From: Paramicrosporidium saccamoebae KSL3
Taxonomy: Eukaryota; Fungi; Cryptomycota
DNA: 32,000 nt
Assembly: GCA_002794465.1 (NCBI GenBank)
Contig: MTSL01000208.1
Span: 19,370-51,369 of the forward strand
Direction of reading: 5' to 3'
Part shown: positions 1-13,300 of the stretch, piece by piece
Numbering within the stretch: position 1 is the stretch's first letter
How the letters are laid out: every line of letters starts with the position of its first letter
Made by a program: the position numbers and the translations under genes
The notes under the pieces: generated by a model
Database searches by the model: none
What the model was told of the DNA's origin: nothing
What the model saw: the letters and a program-made list of their open reading frames with translations, nothing else

Positions 1-1257
1 CCGAATGCTAATTTCGCTAAACGGCTCTGCCTTTATCCCAGTGCTCGCCTTGGAGAGTCGATCAAGGGCCTGGGAATCGAGTTCGGCCCGTACAATTTCA
101 AAAATTAGCTCCCGAAGACGCTCCGTCCAGCGCGCCTTTTTCTTGCCTTCAGAGTTTGGCTCCACCGTTGGAAGAGATTCTATCTCTGCTGCCAATGACT
201 GGAACTGCTCGGGAATCACCTTGGCCCGTAGCTCGTCTCGGTGTAGAGGGACAATCTTGAAGCTGATCAGCTTTTGCAGTGCAGCAATCGGAAATGGAAG
301 ACAACTTCCAAGATCAGCCAACACTGACTCTGGAATTTCCGTCTTTTTATCTAGCTGTCGCAGACAAGTGACCACTACTTCATTACATAATGACCGCAAG
401 TTTGAGGGAAATCGTTTTGGGTCTGCAAATACCGTCTTTTCAGCCTCCATTTTGAACGCTTCCAGTGCTAATTTGTATTCCAATTCCATCAATGGTTTGG
501 CAATGTCCAGTTTCTTCCGCATCTTTTCCTCGCTCGACTCGGCCTTTTCAGGCGATTGTCGTGAAGCCTTACGGGGTGACTTTGTATGTATCGAAGGACC
601 CACTGAGGGCTGCCCTGATGGCTGATGTGACAACTGGTCTGACGGATGATCCGATAAATCCGGAAGCACCACCTCCACAATTTCGTTATCGCCAATGTCG
701 GCAAGTCGATCCATGACCGATTTATCCTTCTTACTAGGAGGAACCTTTGTGCGCTTCACTTTGCTCCGTTCTTGACTCCGCTCGGGTGATTTCCGTCGTT
801 TCGTCGCAGGTGTTCGGCGCTTCTTCTTAGTTGCCAACATCTTTTCCTCCCATAAAGGGTCGATTTTGCGTTCCGGCAACCGGCCCTTCCATACATAATA
901 GTCACATTCAGCCGTTATAACGGGCTGTTCCTGTTCAGTATCACAGGTCCCCGCCAGGAGCTCCTGCAAGGTTATTCCCGGTGGTAGCTCGTCGTCGTCA
1001 ATAAACGGGTCATCCAGGTCGTAGTCTTCCCCCTCGTCGCGACGTTTACGTATTTTTTTCCTTGGTCCCTCTTCCTCCTCTTCCGAGTCGGCCTCCACCG
1101 TCGGTTCCACATTAGGCTGTGCGCGGACGCCGCTTACCAGTGCACTAAAGTCAATCTTGTACGAATCCTTCAAGGCGCTGCTGGAGACATTGACTACAAT
1201 GGTCGTGGGACCATTATCGACCTGTGGATTGATGCCAGCCTCATGCATTGCCAGCAT
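1..1257 (-). CDS. Ubinuclein/HPC2-like histone chaperone (HIRA complex subunit), 3' end runs off the window
   Basis: Manual translation from ATG 1257 is open to base 1, so it is missing from the ORF track (no stop in window). It contains the HUN/HRD motif RKRRDEGEDYDLDDPFIDDDE and ubinuclein middle-domain-like FPSNLR...CLPFP...KKKARWTERLRELIFEIV. The + strand ORF 5..625 is its antisense shadow. Confidence 0.8.
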   Translation of the reverse strand, partial: MLAMHEAGINPQVDNGPTTIVVNVSSSALKDSYKIDFSALVSGVRAQPNVEPTVEADSEEEEEGPRKKIRKRRDEGEDYDLDDPFIDDDELPPGITLQELLAGTCDTEQEQPVITAECDYYVWKGRLPERKIDPLWEEKMLATKKKRRTPATKRRKSPERSQERSKVKRTKVPPSKKDKSVMDRLADIGDNEIVEVVLPDLSDHPSDQLSHQPSGQPSVGPSIHTKSPRKASRQSPEKAESSEEKMRKKLDIAKPLMELEYKLALEAFKMEAEKTVFADPKRFPSNLRSLCNEVVVTCLRQLDKKTEIPESVLADLGSCLPFPIAALQKLISFKIVPLHRDELRAKVIPEQFQSLAAEIESLPTVEPNSEGKKKARWTERLRELIFEIVRAELDSQALDRLSKASTGIKAEPFSEISIR

Positions 1258-1274
1258 CGATTTATATCAATTAG

Positions 1275-2234
1275 CTATTTATTCTTTTCTACTGATTGCA
1301 AGTTTCCCAATTCCCCCTCTGATCGCTTGTAAATGTCATAGTAGCGACGTAATACTTGGTCCCCCGTAGAGTTTTTCGGCTCAGGACTGCGTCCCTTGGT
1401 CTTTGCAAAGTGCATCTCGTAATCCCTAATCCCTGGAAACAATTTTTTCAGTCTAGCGTCGGTGGTTTGTATGGCTGTCTGTGATACATTGGTCAGTTTT
1501 GAGATGCCTCGAAGATTATACCATCGAATGTCACCCTCAGCCTGGGTCGGATAGTGTGAACGAAAATCCAAAAGTCCATCAACCAATTCGGAGAGGAGAG
1601 TCTGAGTCTTGGTTGCTACGACGCGTTCCAGGTATCGATCCAGAAAAGGCTCTTCCAATCCCAACTCTGCATCAAGTTCATCGGCTACATGGCCATGCTC
1701 TGCCTTTACTTGATCCCACACCTTTCTAACCGTATCACGAAGCGCCATATGAAGCTCAAAGCTTTGATCAACCGTGACGGCGGGTGAGGGATCATTTCGC
1801 AATTCATCGGAAATGTCCTCAAGAAGGGGATTGTCTTTATATTGAATACGCTTAAAGTGGGCCTTTTTGGTTCGGCTCACCTCTTTTTCGACTCGTCGGT
1901 TGACACAACGGAACAACGGGACTGGCAAAACTTCAGTTGTGGGTTTTGTGGGTCTTCGGTGGACCAAATAGCTTTTCTCCAAATTCTCAGGTTGCACCGG
2001 CCATTTGAATCCTGGCAACGGCGCCGATATTTTCCCATGTCGTTTGCGACGCCAGACGTCATAGAATATCAGATTAGACAGCTGGTACTTTAGCCCGTAT
2101 CGCTTCGTACCTAGGCACTCAAGCTGTTTTCGATATTCTTCATCGCCCAAATTCCCAGAATACACTTGGTCATCAGTGGGAATTCCAATGTCGTGAAATT
2201 CTTCGAAAGGGTCTGGTTGGCAAAGTTCATCCAT
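1275..2234 (-). CDS. Hypothetical protein, weakly resembling fungal Rrn9-like (Pol I upstream activating factor) proteins
   Basis: About 320-aa ORF. The ORF-track start at 2246 is TTG; first ATG is at 2234. C-terminal LLSELVDGLL...WYNLRGISKLTNVSQTAIQTTDARLKKLFPG recalls the fungal Rrn9-family C-terminal pattern as I remember it. Gene is well supported, product is tentative. Confidence 0.55.
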   Translation of the reverse strand: MDELCQPDPFEEFHDIGIPTDDQVYSGNLGDEEYRKQLECLGTKRYGLKYQLSNLIFYDVWRRKRHGKISAPLPGFKWPVQPENLEKSYLVHRRPTKPTTEVLPVPLFRCVNRRVEKEVSRTKKAHFKRIQYKDNPLLEDISDELRNDPSPAVTVDQSFELHMALRDTVRKVWDQVKAEHGHVADELDAELGLEEPFLDRYLERVVATKTQTLLSELVDGLLDFRSHYPTQAEGDIRWYNLRGISKLTNVSQTAIQTTDARLKKLFPGIRDYEMHFAKTKGRSPEPKNSTGDQVLRRYYDIYKRSEGELGNLQSVEKNK

Positions 2235-2427
2235 GATAAAGAACAAATCATTTCATTGATACTGGTTGATTGGCTGTGACCGACGAGTCGACAATCATGG
2301 TTGGTCAATCGAATTGTAGCCAATCATTGCACTGGACAATCGGCACTGATTCGCAAGCAATCCTCTCCGCCAATACAGCTTTTAGATCTTTATAAAGAGT
2401 ACCTCGAGTCGACTGTCACCAAACGCC

Positions 2428-4551
2428 ATGAAGATCAATCTACTGGTCATCACTGCGAAACTTCTGGCATTAACAACTGCCACCACTGTTCATCATCACA
2501 ACTACAATCGGGGACCCCTTCGTCCACAAATTGTCGTGATTAACCATCACTTTCATAATGCCGATACAGCCGGCATCTCTGGTGCGCATAACACTCGTAA
2601 CACTCATGGAGGGATGAGCGCAAATGCAAACGCTCCTAGTGCACCTGGTTCTTCTGGCGCCAAGTCGAACACTCCCAGTGCACCTGGTTCTTCTGGTGCA
2701 TTTAGTGTCCCTAATGCTAGCGCATCTGGTGCTTCTAGTGTCCCTAATGCTGGCGCATCTAGCGCCTCTAGTGCACCTAATACTGGTGCATCTAGCGCCT
2801 CTAGCGCACCTAGTACGCCTGCTGCACCTCACACTCCTGCTGCATCTACCGCTCCTGCTGCATCTAACGCTCCTGCTGCTGGTGCTTCCAGTACTCCCAA
2901 AGCTGCAAAGGCATCAAAGAACTCTCCGCCTACCGCGCAGTTCAAAGAAAACACCGCAAGCAGCCCTCCTGTGAAAGAACACAAGCTCACTGGTAGCGTA
3001 TTTGGTGCTAGTCATGCGGCTCCACCGGCAGCAGGTGCATCGAGTCAAGAAAAGAGCGCCACAAAGTCAAAAATTCCAGCTCCACCCGGACCGGCACCGA
3101 TTCTGAGCAAACCCAACAAGGCACCCAAGCCATGTGTCCCTGTTCCATCGTCAAATCAAAGTCAGACGAGCCCCACAAACGCCACTGCTGCCTCTACTCC
3201 AGCCCAGCAGGCAACAAAGTCTACTGTTCCCCCTCCACCTGGGCCTGCTCCAATCTTGAGTCAATGGAAGCCAAAGAAGGCCGCGCCCAATCCGAGTCCA
3301 GCCACTCCTTCTCAGGCTGCCGCTCCCGCTGCCACCAATTCTACGACTCCCATTCTGAACAAACCCAAAGGTTGCAAACCGATTAATGTCTCTGGCACTG
3401 TTCCGGCATCAGCTGCGCCAAGTGGAACAGCTTCTTCTGCAACTTCTGCGTCAAGCTCTGCTGCACCTGGATCTGCTGCGCCTGGATCTGCTACACCTGG
3501 CTCTGCTGCGCCCGCGACAAACACAACTGCAGCACCCGTTTCCTCCAACACTGCGACCAATACTACACGCACCAAGGATGACACGGCCCATCTAGTCGGT
3601 GATTACGTAAGCACAGCTAAAATGTTAAAGATTCTTCAAACACCAGGAGCTCCGCTGCCTTGGAAATGGCAGGAGCAGTGCTACAATAGCCGTGTCAGCC
3701 ATTGTGGACCAGTCTTCAAGACGGCTGCTCGGGATATCAATCTTTACGGGGCCGAGTTGGATACAAGTCTACGTGCACCGACCACCGTCTTCCCCAGTCC
3801 CACAGACTTGCGATTCCGCACATTGACTGCGGCAGGAGCTGTGCTGGGTGGAAAGCTGCCAGCCTTTAAGGACGAAACCATTCCGTATCATACTTATGCC
3901 GCCATGGAAATGCTCATTGGAACTGGACTGACACCGGTCGCCTCGGGTGAGAGTAGTGCCCAGAAAAAGGTGGTGAATGTTGCTCCGTTTGTGGCGTCCC
4001 GTGGGCAGCTCAAGACCCATCTGAGTCCCATTGTCCGTCTCGGACTGCACCGACTCGCTGCTGCCCTGCTTTCCCTCTCGAACACAAAGTTTACCTCCAT
4101 CGACGATGAACTTCGTGCTCTACTCGCGGATGCCCAGCATCAGCCCTTTACTCTCGCTGTCCTACTAAAGCATGTTGAGGGAGAGCAGTTGCGTCGCACC
4201 CTTTCCAAGGAACATCGGGCTCCACCGCTCCTGCAAGCCGGTATTTACCACGCTCTGACAGTCAACGTTCCTGACACGCTCAACTTGTGTCATCCGAATG
4301 CACAACTGCCTGCCATCTCCGTCCATGCCCATTTCCTGAAAAAGTATGGCAGCACGCTGCCGAGGATGAGGCAGATCGTGCTGGCTCGTGCCTTCTTGTA
4401 TCTAGTCTTTGGGGTTCCCTTCGACCGCTCCTACTGCAAGAATTGCGGCAATCCTAGGACTGCGTCCAAATCCACTGCAAGGCTCCTTGTTAATGGAATT
4501 CTGGCAAGCTATTGTCGTCCTCGTAGCAAGTATCACGTAGTAGTCAATTAA
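2428..4551 (+). CDS. Secreted Ala/Ser/Pro-rich repetitive protein with an unrecognised ~320-aa C-terminal domain (707 aa)
   Basis: Signal peptide MKINLLVITAKLLALTTA, His-rich start, about 330 aa of low-complexity repeats (APGSSG, NAGASSASSAP, PPPPGPAPIL x2, PGSAA x3), then a globular region with CxxC near the end. TATAAAG at 2391-2397. Confidence 0.85.
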   Translation: MKINLLVITAKLLALTTATTVHHHNYNRGPLRPQIVVINHHFHNADTAGISGAHNTRNTHGGMSANANAPSAPGSSGAKSNTPSAPGSSGAFSVPNASASGASSVPNAGASSASSAPNTGASSASSAPSTPAAPHTPAASTAPAASNAPAAGASSTPKAAKASKNSPPTAQFKENTASSPPVKEHKLTGSVFGASHAAPPAAGASSQEKSATKSKIPAPPGPAPILSKPNKAPKPCVPVPSSNQSQTSPTNATAASTPAQQATKSTVPPPPGPAPILSQWKPKKAAPNPSPATPSQAAAPAATNSTTPILNKPKGCKPINVSGTVPASAAPSGTASSATSASSSAAPGSAAPGSATPGSAAPATNTTAAPVSSNTATNTTRTKDDTAHLVGDYVSTAKMLKILQTPGAPLPWKWQEQCYNSRVSHCGPVFKTAARDINLYGAELDTSLRAPTTVFPSPTDLRFRTLTAAGAVLGGKLPAFKDETIPYHTYAAMEMLIGTGLTPVASGESSAQKKVVNVAPFVASRGQLKTHLSPIVRLGLHRLAAALLSLSNTKFTSIDDELRALLADAQHQPFTLAVLLKHVEGEQLRRTLSKEHRAPPLLQAGIYHALTVNVPDTLNLCHPNAQLPAISVHAHFLKKYGSTLPRMRQIVLARAFLYLVFGVPFDRSYCKNCGNPRTASKSTARLLVNGILASYCRPRSKYHVVVN
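2638..2830 (+). repeat. Coding tandem repeats (39-nt and ~30-nt units) in the Ala/Ser/Pro-rich protein
   Basis: agtgcacctggttcttctgg occurs twice; (t/c)ctagtg(t/ca)ccctaat(g/a)ct(a/g)g(c/t)gcatct-like units occur about 4 times. Confidence 0.7.
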
Positions 4552-4756
4552 TCATTAAACTGTGAGTAAAACAATGTAGTAACTGTGTGAGTTAGAGTGT
4601 ATCAGCAGGTCAGGAACGGAGGAATATCTCGGATCTACATATCCGAAACAAAGAGCCACTATTTAAAGCTTCATAAACTAAACACAATAACGTTTATCGG
4701 ATCTGAACCATTTGTTTGCTCTAACAACCACCTTGTATTGTCGATGGGTAAAAGGG

Positions 4757-5113
4757 TTAAACGTTAGTATTTATGAAATCGTCATATTCCTCGAGAGTGG
4801 TAAAATACAACGTGTGGGGGGTTAGTGAAATGATTGGATCATCAGATGTTCGATTAAGCAGTGATTCTTCATACTTGAAAATTCTACTCCCACTGCTATT
4901 TGTGAGTCCCACCGCTATAATCACCAATTCGTTTGGTTCGAACGGACAGAAAGCTTCGTGTCCTCCTGTCGGGAAATCTAGCTCAACGATCTCCCGGTCC
5001 TTGCCAAGGACCATTACTGAGCTAACATTATCAATACCCTCCCATGTGATGGTCGAGGCTTGCACAGAGGCGGCCAAGAGATATAAAAGTGATAAAAGAG
5101 TTTTAACGTGCAT
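4757..5113 (-). CDS. Small secreted protein, family A (118 aa)
   Basis: Likely start MHVKTLLSLLYLLAASVQA (ATG 5113) gives a 19-aa signal peptide matching the paralogs at 10305-12019. Mature part STITWEGIDNV...IISLTP...YDDF. Confidence 0.8.
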   Translation of the reverse strand: MHVKTLLSLLYLLAASVQASTITWEGIDNVSSVMVLGKDREIVELDFPTGGHEAFCPFEPNELVIIAVGLTNSSGSRIFKYEESLLNRTSDDPIISLTPHTLYFTTLEEYDDFINTNV

Positions 5114-5467
5114 GTCTTTTGTGGCGTTGGCAACGGCTATCGTAAAGGGTTCTTTAAAAAAAGACCAGGGCCCGTGGTGCTGTTTATGCAATCAAACTGG
5201 GCATTGACAGATAGTTAAATTGTTAGTGCCTAACTGTCGTGTCGATCTCCCGCGGCTACATACATTGGGGATTGCAGAATTATATACTACACCCCTTAAT
5301 ATGCTTGGCGTTCCTAGCATCAAATTACTAAAGTACAAGTACAATTGCTACATGGTAGAATCAAACGAAGACACCGTTTTCAGTTCGCCACTTTGGATTA
5401 TACATCTCCCGCACCCATCACCTTACCGCTTTTATATGCATTACGTATTGTACAACATGCAAAATAT

Positions 5468-6400
5468 CTATTTCTGTAAGGCATCACAGAGCAAGTCTAT
5501 AAATCCAATGTCATCAAAACCTGGAAAGTAGTTGACATCTATTACAAACATTCGCTCCGTCTGCTCCTCGAATATCAAATCCCATCCAAACAGTGTCAGT
5601 CCCAGTTCCGTCCTTAGTGCCTCTGAGAAGGAGCTCACTTGCTGTGCATGTCGAGTGTACCTGGCCATGGCACTCTCATATTCCTCAGATGCAACGCTGC
5701 CGTTTCGCTTCATCGCTTGGCTGTTAAACTCGAGAGAATCGCCGTCCTTGTCAGCCCGCAGCGACGGCCGGAGCTGAATACGAATTTTCCCACCCACAAC
5801 ATACACCTTGTATAATATACCGTAATGTGGCACATACTCTTGCAGAATATACTCTGCTCCCCCAACAATCTGCTCCACCCGATAATAGAGCGACATGCTG
5901 TGAGAGTGTTTTGCGCTACACGCCGCCACAGGCTTCCGAATTACGGGAAAACGGAGGGGCTCGTTGCATTCGCCAGTAGGAGGGAGGTGCAGACCATGGA
6001 GTGGGGCAAACCAGCGCAACAGGTCGCAAGTACGTCGTCGGTCGGACAGAAGCGCTACATTCCAATCAACTACACGACCACCCCATCTCCTCAACTCTTC
6101 CTCAATACGGAGCAGGTCAACCTCGGGTAGTAACCAGTCACTGAGCTTGTGAAGTAGTACTGTCAGCTGTAACTCGCAAAGACGGTTCGCCGTCAAGTCC
6201 ACAGGAGAAAGATGCACAAAGGTGACATGGTTGCATTTCTTAGTATGGTCGCATTTCTCAGTATGGTCGCATTCCTCAGTATGGTCGCATTCCTCAATAT
6301 GGTCACATTCTTCAATATGGTTGCATTTCTCAAAGCCATGTTTGTGCCACTTTTTGGCCAGCACTACTACACCCACCCTCAACTTTTCATTCACTGTCAT
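5468..6400 (-). CDS. ITPK1: Inositol-tetrakisphosphate 1-kinase / Ins(1,3,4)P3 5/6-kinase (ATP-grasp fold)
   Basis: Motifs LLHKLSD, FPVIRKPVAACS..SHSM, LQEYVPHYGILYKVYVVG and IDVNYFPGF match the ITPK1 family. Confidence 0.88.
   Translation of the reverse strand: MTVNEKLRVGVVVLAKKWHKHGFEKCNHIEECDHIEECDHTEECDHTEKCDHTKKCNHVTFVHLSPVDLTANRLCELQLTVLLHKLSDWLLPEVDLLRIEEELRRWGGRVVDWNVALLSDRRRTCDLLRWFAPLHGLHLPPTGECNEPLRFPVIRKPVAACSAKHSHSMSLYYRVEQIVGGAEYILQEYVPHYGILYKVYVVGGKIRIQLRPSLRADKDGDSLEFNSQAMKRNGSVASEEYESAMARYTRHAQQVSSFSEALRTELGLTLFGWDLIFEEQTERMFVIDVNYFPGFDDIGFIDLLCDALQK
6227..6334 (-). repeat. 18-bp x6 coding minisatellite encoding (E/K)(E/K)C(D/N)H(I/T/V) in the ITPK1 N-terminus
   Basis: Six units of atggtcgcattcctcagt-like sequence on the + strand, in frame with ITPK1. 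Confidence 0.95.
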
Positions 6401-6547
6401 GGCCCCTGTGAGATGGTGCTGCGGCTGTCAACATTAACGCTAAACGTCAAAGTGTACTGATTCATCAAATCCTAATGCTAAAGTGCGTTAATTTATCAAA
6501 CCCTACTGTATAGAACTCGGCATCACTACTAAGCGCTATGTTGACAG

Positions 6548-10207
<3,660 letters not shown>

Positions 10208-10304
10208 TTAAAACGGCATTAATGTGAAATTCCTTTTATTTGCAAATAATGAGGCCTGGTTTATGTTGATGGAAAAGACTTGTTATCTCTAGTCCGTATA
10301 TATT

Positions 10305-10682
10305 CTACTGATATGCTCTTTCGCTGTCATCAATGGTTTGGTGCTGATGTGGTGCGTAAATAATGTACTCATCAGGGGTCAGTTCAATAACTGGGAGTTC
10401 CTTCACCACGTCGTAATAGTACCCAAATTGTGTGTCGATTGGGTACAATTTACCATCTCCAGGTTCTTCAAAGTATAATACAATACTTTTCAAGTCGGAG
10501 AGACGAACCGGAATTATACATGTGTGATCTCCCAGCTCAGGTGGATTGATTTTGTAGACCCTACTTCCGTATGCATTGACAGTTATTGACTTGACACCCT
10601 GAACCTTGCCCCACTTGAGGCGTGAAGCTTGTACATAAGCGTTCAGCAAAAACAGGGACGACAGACAAGCCACAATGTTCAT
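10305..10682 (-). CDS. Small secreted protein, family A (125 aa)
   Basis: Signal MNIVACLSSLFLLNAYVQA, mature SRLKWGKVQGV, C-terminal VIELTP. Confidence 0.75.
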   Translation of the reverse strand: MNIVACLSSLFLLNAYVQASRLKWGKVQGVKSITVNAYGSRVYKINPPELGDHTCIIPVRLSDLKSIVLYFEEPGDGKLYPIDTQFGYYYDVVKELPVIELTPDEYIIYAPHQHQTIDDSERAYQ

Positions 10683-10832
10683 TTCCGTGAGAGAGTATGC
10701 CTCCTACGGACCAGGGGGATAAAGGGTCTATTGTATGAGCATCTATGTATGATATCACTCTAATAATATAATATAGAGATTGTGTAAATTGCGTTAATAA
10801 CCACCTTGTGTTGCCAATGTTTAAATAGCTAG

Positions 10833-11180
10833 CTATCCCTTTACAAAATCGTCATATGCAGGAGGACTGGTAACATACGGTGTATTAGGAGTCAATGAAA
10901 TGGTGGGCCTGCCAGACACTTGACTAAGCATGGAGTCGTTGTATTTGTAAAATCTAGACTCGCCTCCATCGGAAGTTAATACTACTACTTTACATTCATT
11001 CGGCACGAGGACGCACCATGCTCTATCCCCCGCAGGCGCAATATTTAGGACATAAGTTTCTCGGTTAATACTAGTGACAATTACTGAGATAATGTCTTCA
11101 ATGCCTGTCCACGTGATAATTAAAGCTTTCACGGAAGCGGCTAAAAGAGATACAAGTGTTAGAAGAGCTTTAAAGTTCAT
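10833..11180 (-). CDS. Small secreted protein, family A (115 aa)
   Basis: Signal MNFKALLTLVSLLAASVKA, mature LIITWTGIEDI...TISLTPNTPY...YDDF. Closest paralog of 4757-5113. Confidence 0.8.
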   Translation of the reverse strand: MNFKALLTLVSLLAASVKALIITWTGIEDIISVIVTSINRETYVLNIAPAGDRAWCVLVPNECKVVVLTSDGGESRFYKYNDSMLSQVSGRPTISLTPNTPYVTSPPAYDDFVKG

Positions 11181-11566
11181 GTCCTTAAAGCCACCGAAAT
11201 TGGAATCACAGGGTTTTGCGCAACACTGTCCAATTTACCATATATGGTAATAGATCTGATGGTCTATATCAATATCGATCAGAATAATGTAATTGAATTT
11301 GCCCCACTGCATCCACCACCAGTGTTTGGATGCATGGTATATTCCCACATATTGCTTATCAAAGATACAGGCTAAAGTCACTCACATGAAATGTACCAGC
11401 ACGGGAATTATGATCTAGGGGGGTTTAATCTCGCAGGGCCCAATGCTTTAACTCAATGTACCCATATTATTCAAGTAGACGGATTTGTGAAGCAATTAAA
11501 ACTTCCAATTGATGCTGTATTTATTAGAAACCTTCAGGACGCTTGTGCCACTGGTTACGCCATGAT

Positions 11567-12019
11567 TTACTGAGGAAGAGTTGTAGAGCCCCCTGACGAG
11601 GCATCGGTTTTTCCAGAATACGGACATTTGCCACTTTGGGCAGAAGGACGTCCGTATGGTTTTTCTCGGGCAAGCCGCTCACGAAGCTTACGAGGATCTC
11701 CGACATGATGTCTTTCAGGAGTCAAAGCAATGACGCTTCTGCCGCAAGGCGGCCGTTTGAGCATGGTTGCTTCATTGTATTCGTATTCCTCGACTTTCTC
11801 GTCAGCTCCAATTACCAATTCAATTTTTACCAACTCTTCGTGGTCAGTCAGTGTAGAGGTTAAGTAAACGTCTCCTTCAAGAGGTATCGAGCTAATCTTG
11901 CCGTCTTTAGTGGTTAGGACGACCAAAGTAACATTATCAATCCCCTTCCACGTCAAGAACGAGGCTTGTACAGAAGCAGCCAGCAGCGAAAAGAACGGGA
12001 GGAAGGCTGTAATATTCAT
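11567..12019 (-). CDS. Small secreted protein, family A with basic C-terminal extension (150 aa)
   Basis: Likely start MNITAFLPFFSLLAASVQA (ATG 12019), mature SFLTWKGIDNV...VIALTP. TATAAAG on the minus strand at 12052-12058. Confidence 0.8.
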   Translation of the reverse strand: MNITAFLPFFSLLAASVQASFLTWKGIDNVTLVVLTTKDGKISSIPLEGDVYLTSTLTDHEELVKIELVIGADEKVEEYEYNEATMLKRPPCGRSVIALTPERHHVGDPRKLRERLAREKPYGRPSAQSGKCPYSGKTDASSGGSTTLPQ

Positions 12020-12502
12020 ATCGGCACTGTGGCGTAGCCAAGTCTGCACAACTTTATAACAATGTCTCAATCTATCAGATATAGTAATTTATCAGATGCT
12101 TAATACAGCTGCCGATCAACTTTAAGCCAGCAAGTCCCATGCTTCAGTCTGTGGATTTTTTATCAAATATCAGCCAGGTGCATTAACCGGTTGTGCGAAT
12201 TAGAGCAACAACTCTGGCCGGAATTGGTTCTTTGTGGCTTCACATCACGTGACATTAGAGGGTTAGATGTGCACAGACTCGAGTCGCTGTGTTTTATCAG
12301 TATCTCGTGGGCCATTCTATAGACTCTACAACATGGTGACCGTATGTGTTAAATGGGATCGTCAGTTTCCAATACGCGCCTCCTTTCACAATTGGCCGAT
12401 CAACCCACTGCACAACATAGGATGTAGTCAAGACACTTTATCAGTGATCTGGTCTGAACTAGCACAATTTTCTATTTTATAATATGGTCCGAGTTTGTCA
12501 AA

Positions 12503-12829
12503 CTACTTTACATAAAGCAATTTGGATCCTTCCCTATAATGCTCGTCGGAGACTATGATGAAATGCTTCCCACCCGAGGCATTGTACATTTCATCCTTCA
12601 CAAACGGCACCACCACCTCGCCCTCAGCCGTAATAAATGCTAAATTCTTGATATAATCAATGGATGGCACCTCTATCTTAATCTTGATAGTTGGCGTGAC
12701 TCGACGTTCTTCATACTCTTGACCGATTATGCGCACTCCTTGGACTGGAAAATGCGAGTTCATGTAAATGCGCACCTTTATCGGATCAGCAGCTACCATT
12801 ACCAGCAGACATAACAGAGCAACCAGCAT
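12503..12829 (-). CDS. Small secreted beta-rich protein (108 aa), possibly a distant family A member
   Basis: Internal ATG 12829 gives signal-like MLVALLCLLVMVAA. VQGVRI resembles VQGVKSI of the 10305 gene. Same strand and cluster as family A. Confidence 0.55.
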   Translation of the reverse strand: MLVALLCLLVMVAADPIKVRIYMNSHFPVQGVRIIGQEYEERRVTPTIKIKIEVPSIDYIKNLAFITAEGEVVVPFVKDEMYNASGGKHFIIVSDEHYREGSKLLYVK

Positions 12830-13011
12830 AGACACTGATGCAACTATCGACGCACCTATTTGGTATATTGCGGCAATAATCTTGATAAAACGATTCGTGA
12901 ATGAATTATGGGCCATAATAACGTGATTAGTGCCAAGTACACCCTGCTGATTCATGGATACGATATAAGATTTCACAGTGGGGAGATTTCATGGATTAAA
13001 TAGCATCTGGT

Positions 13012-13071
13012 CTTGATAAAACTCTAATCTGTATCCAGTGTACTGATGAAATCCCAATCCAGACTTGGTGT
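13012..13071. repeat. 30-bp repeat, two copies (first degenerate)
   Basis: cttgataaaactctaatctgtatccagtgt and actgatgaaatcccaatccagacttggtgt; same unit as 13301-13420. Confidence 0.8.
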
Positions 13072-13300
13072 ACTTGTGACGTAGAAGACTGACTAGTTGA
13101 GTGTTTGGAGATAGTTCCCTGGTTTGGAGAAGGGATAATCAGAACAATTGATGAAGGATAATGAGGTCTTTACCATTTGGGGGTTATGTTATTTGTGACT
13201 ATAAATGGGTCGTTGAATTGATTGCATAAATTCTCTTCTCATCCCATCTCGTCTCTTCCCGCCTGACAAAGCCCGTGGTATTATCCCCACTACGCGACAT

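Noticed and set aside
5-625. 206-aa + strand ORF
   Set aside because: Antisense shadow of the ubinuclein/HPC2-like gene, which has recognisable motifs on the minus strand.
11200-11566. Short ORFs between family A genes as further paralogs or pseudogenes
   Set aside because: No signal peptide or W/LTP signature found in any frame I read.
12244-12253. ATCACGTGAC (CDEI/E-box) as a point-centromere element
   Set aside because: Single short match with no AT-rich CDEII or CDEIII following; expected by chance.
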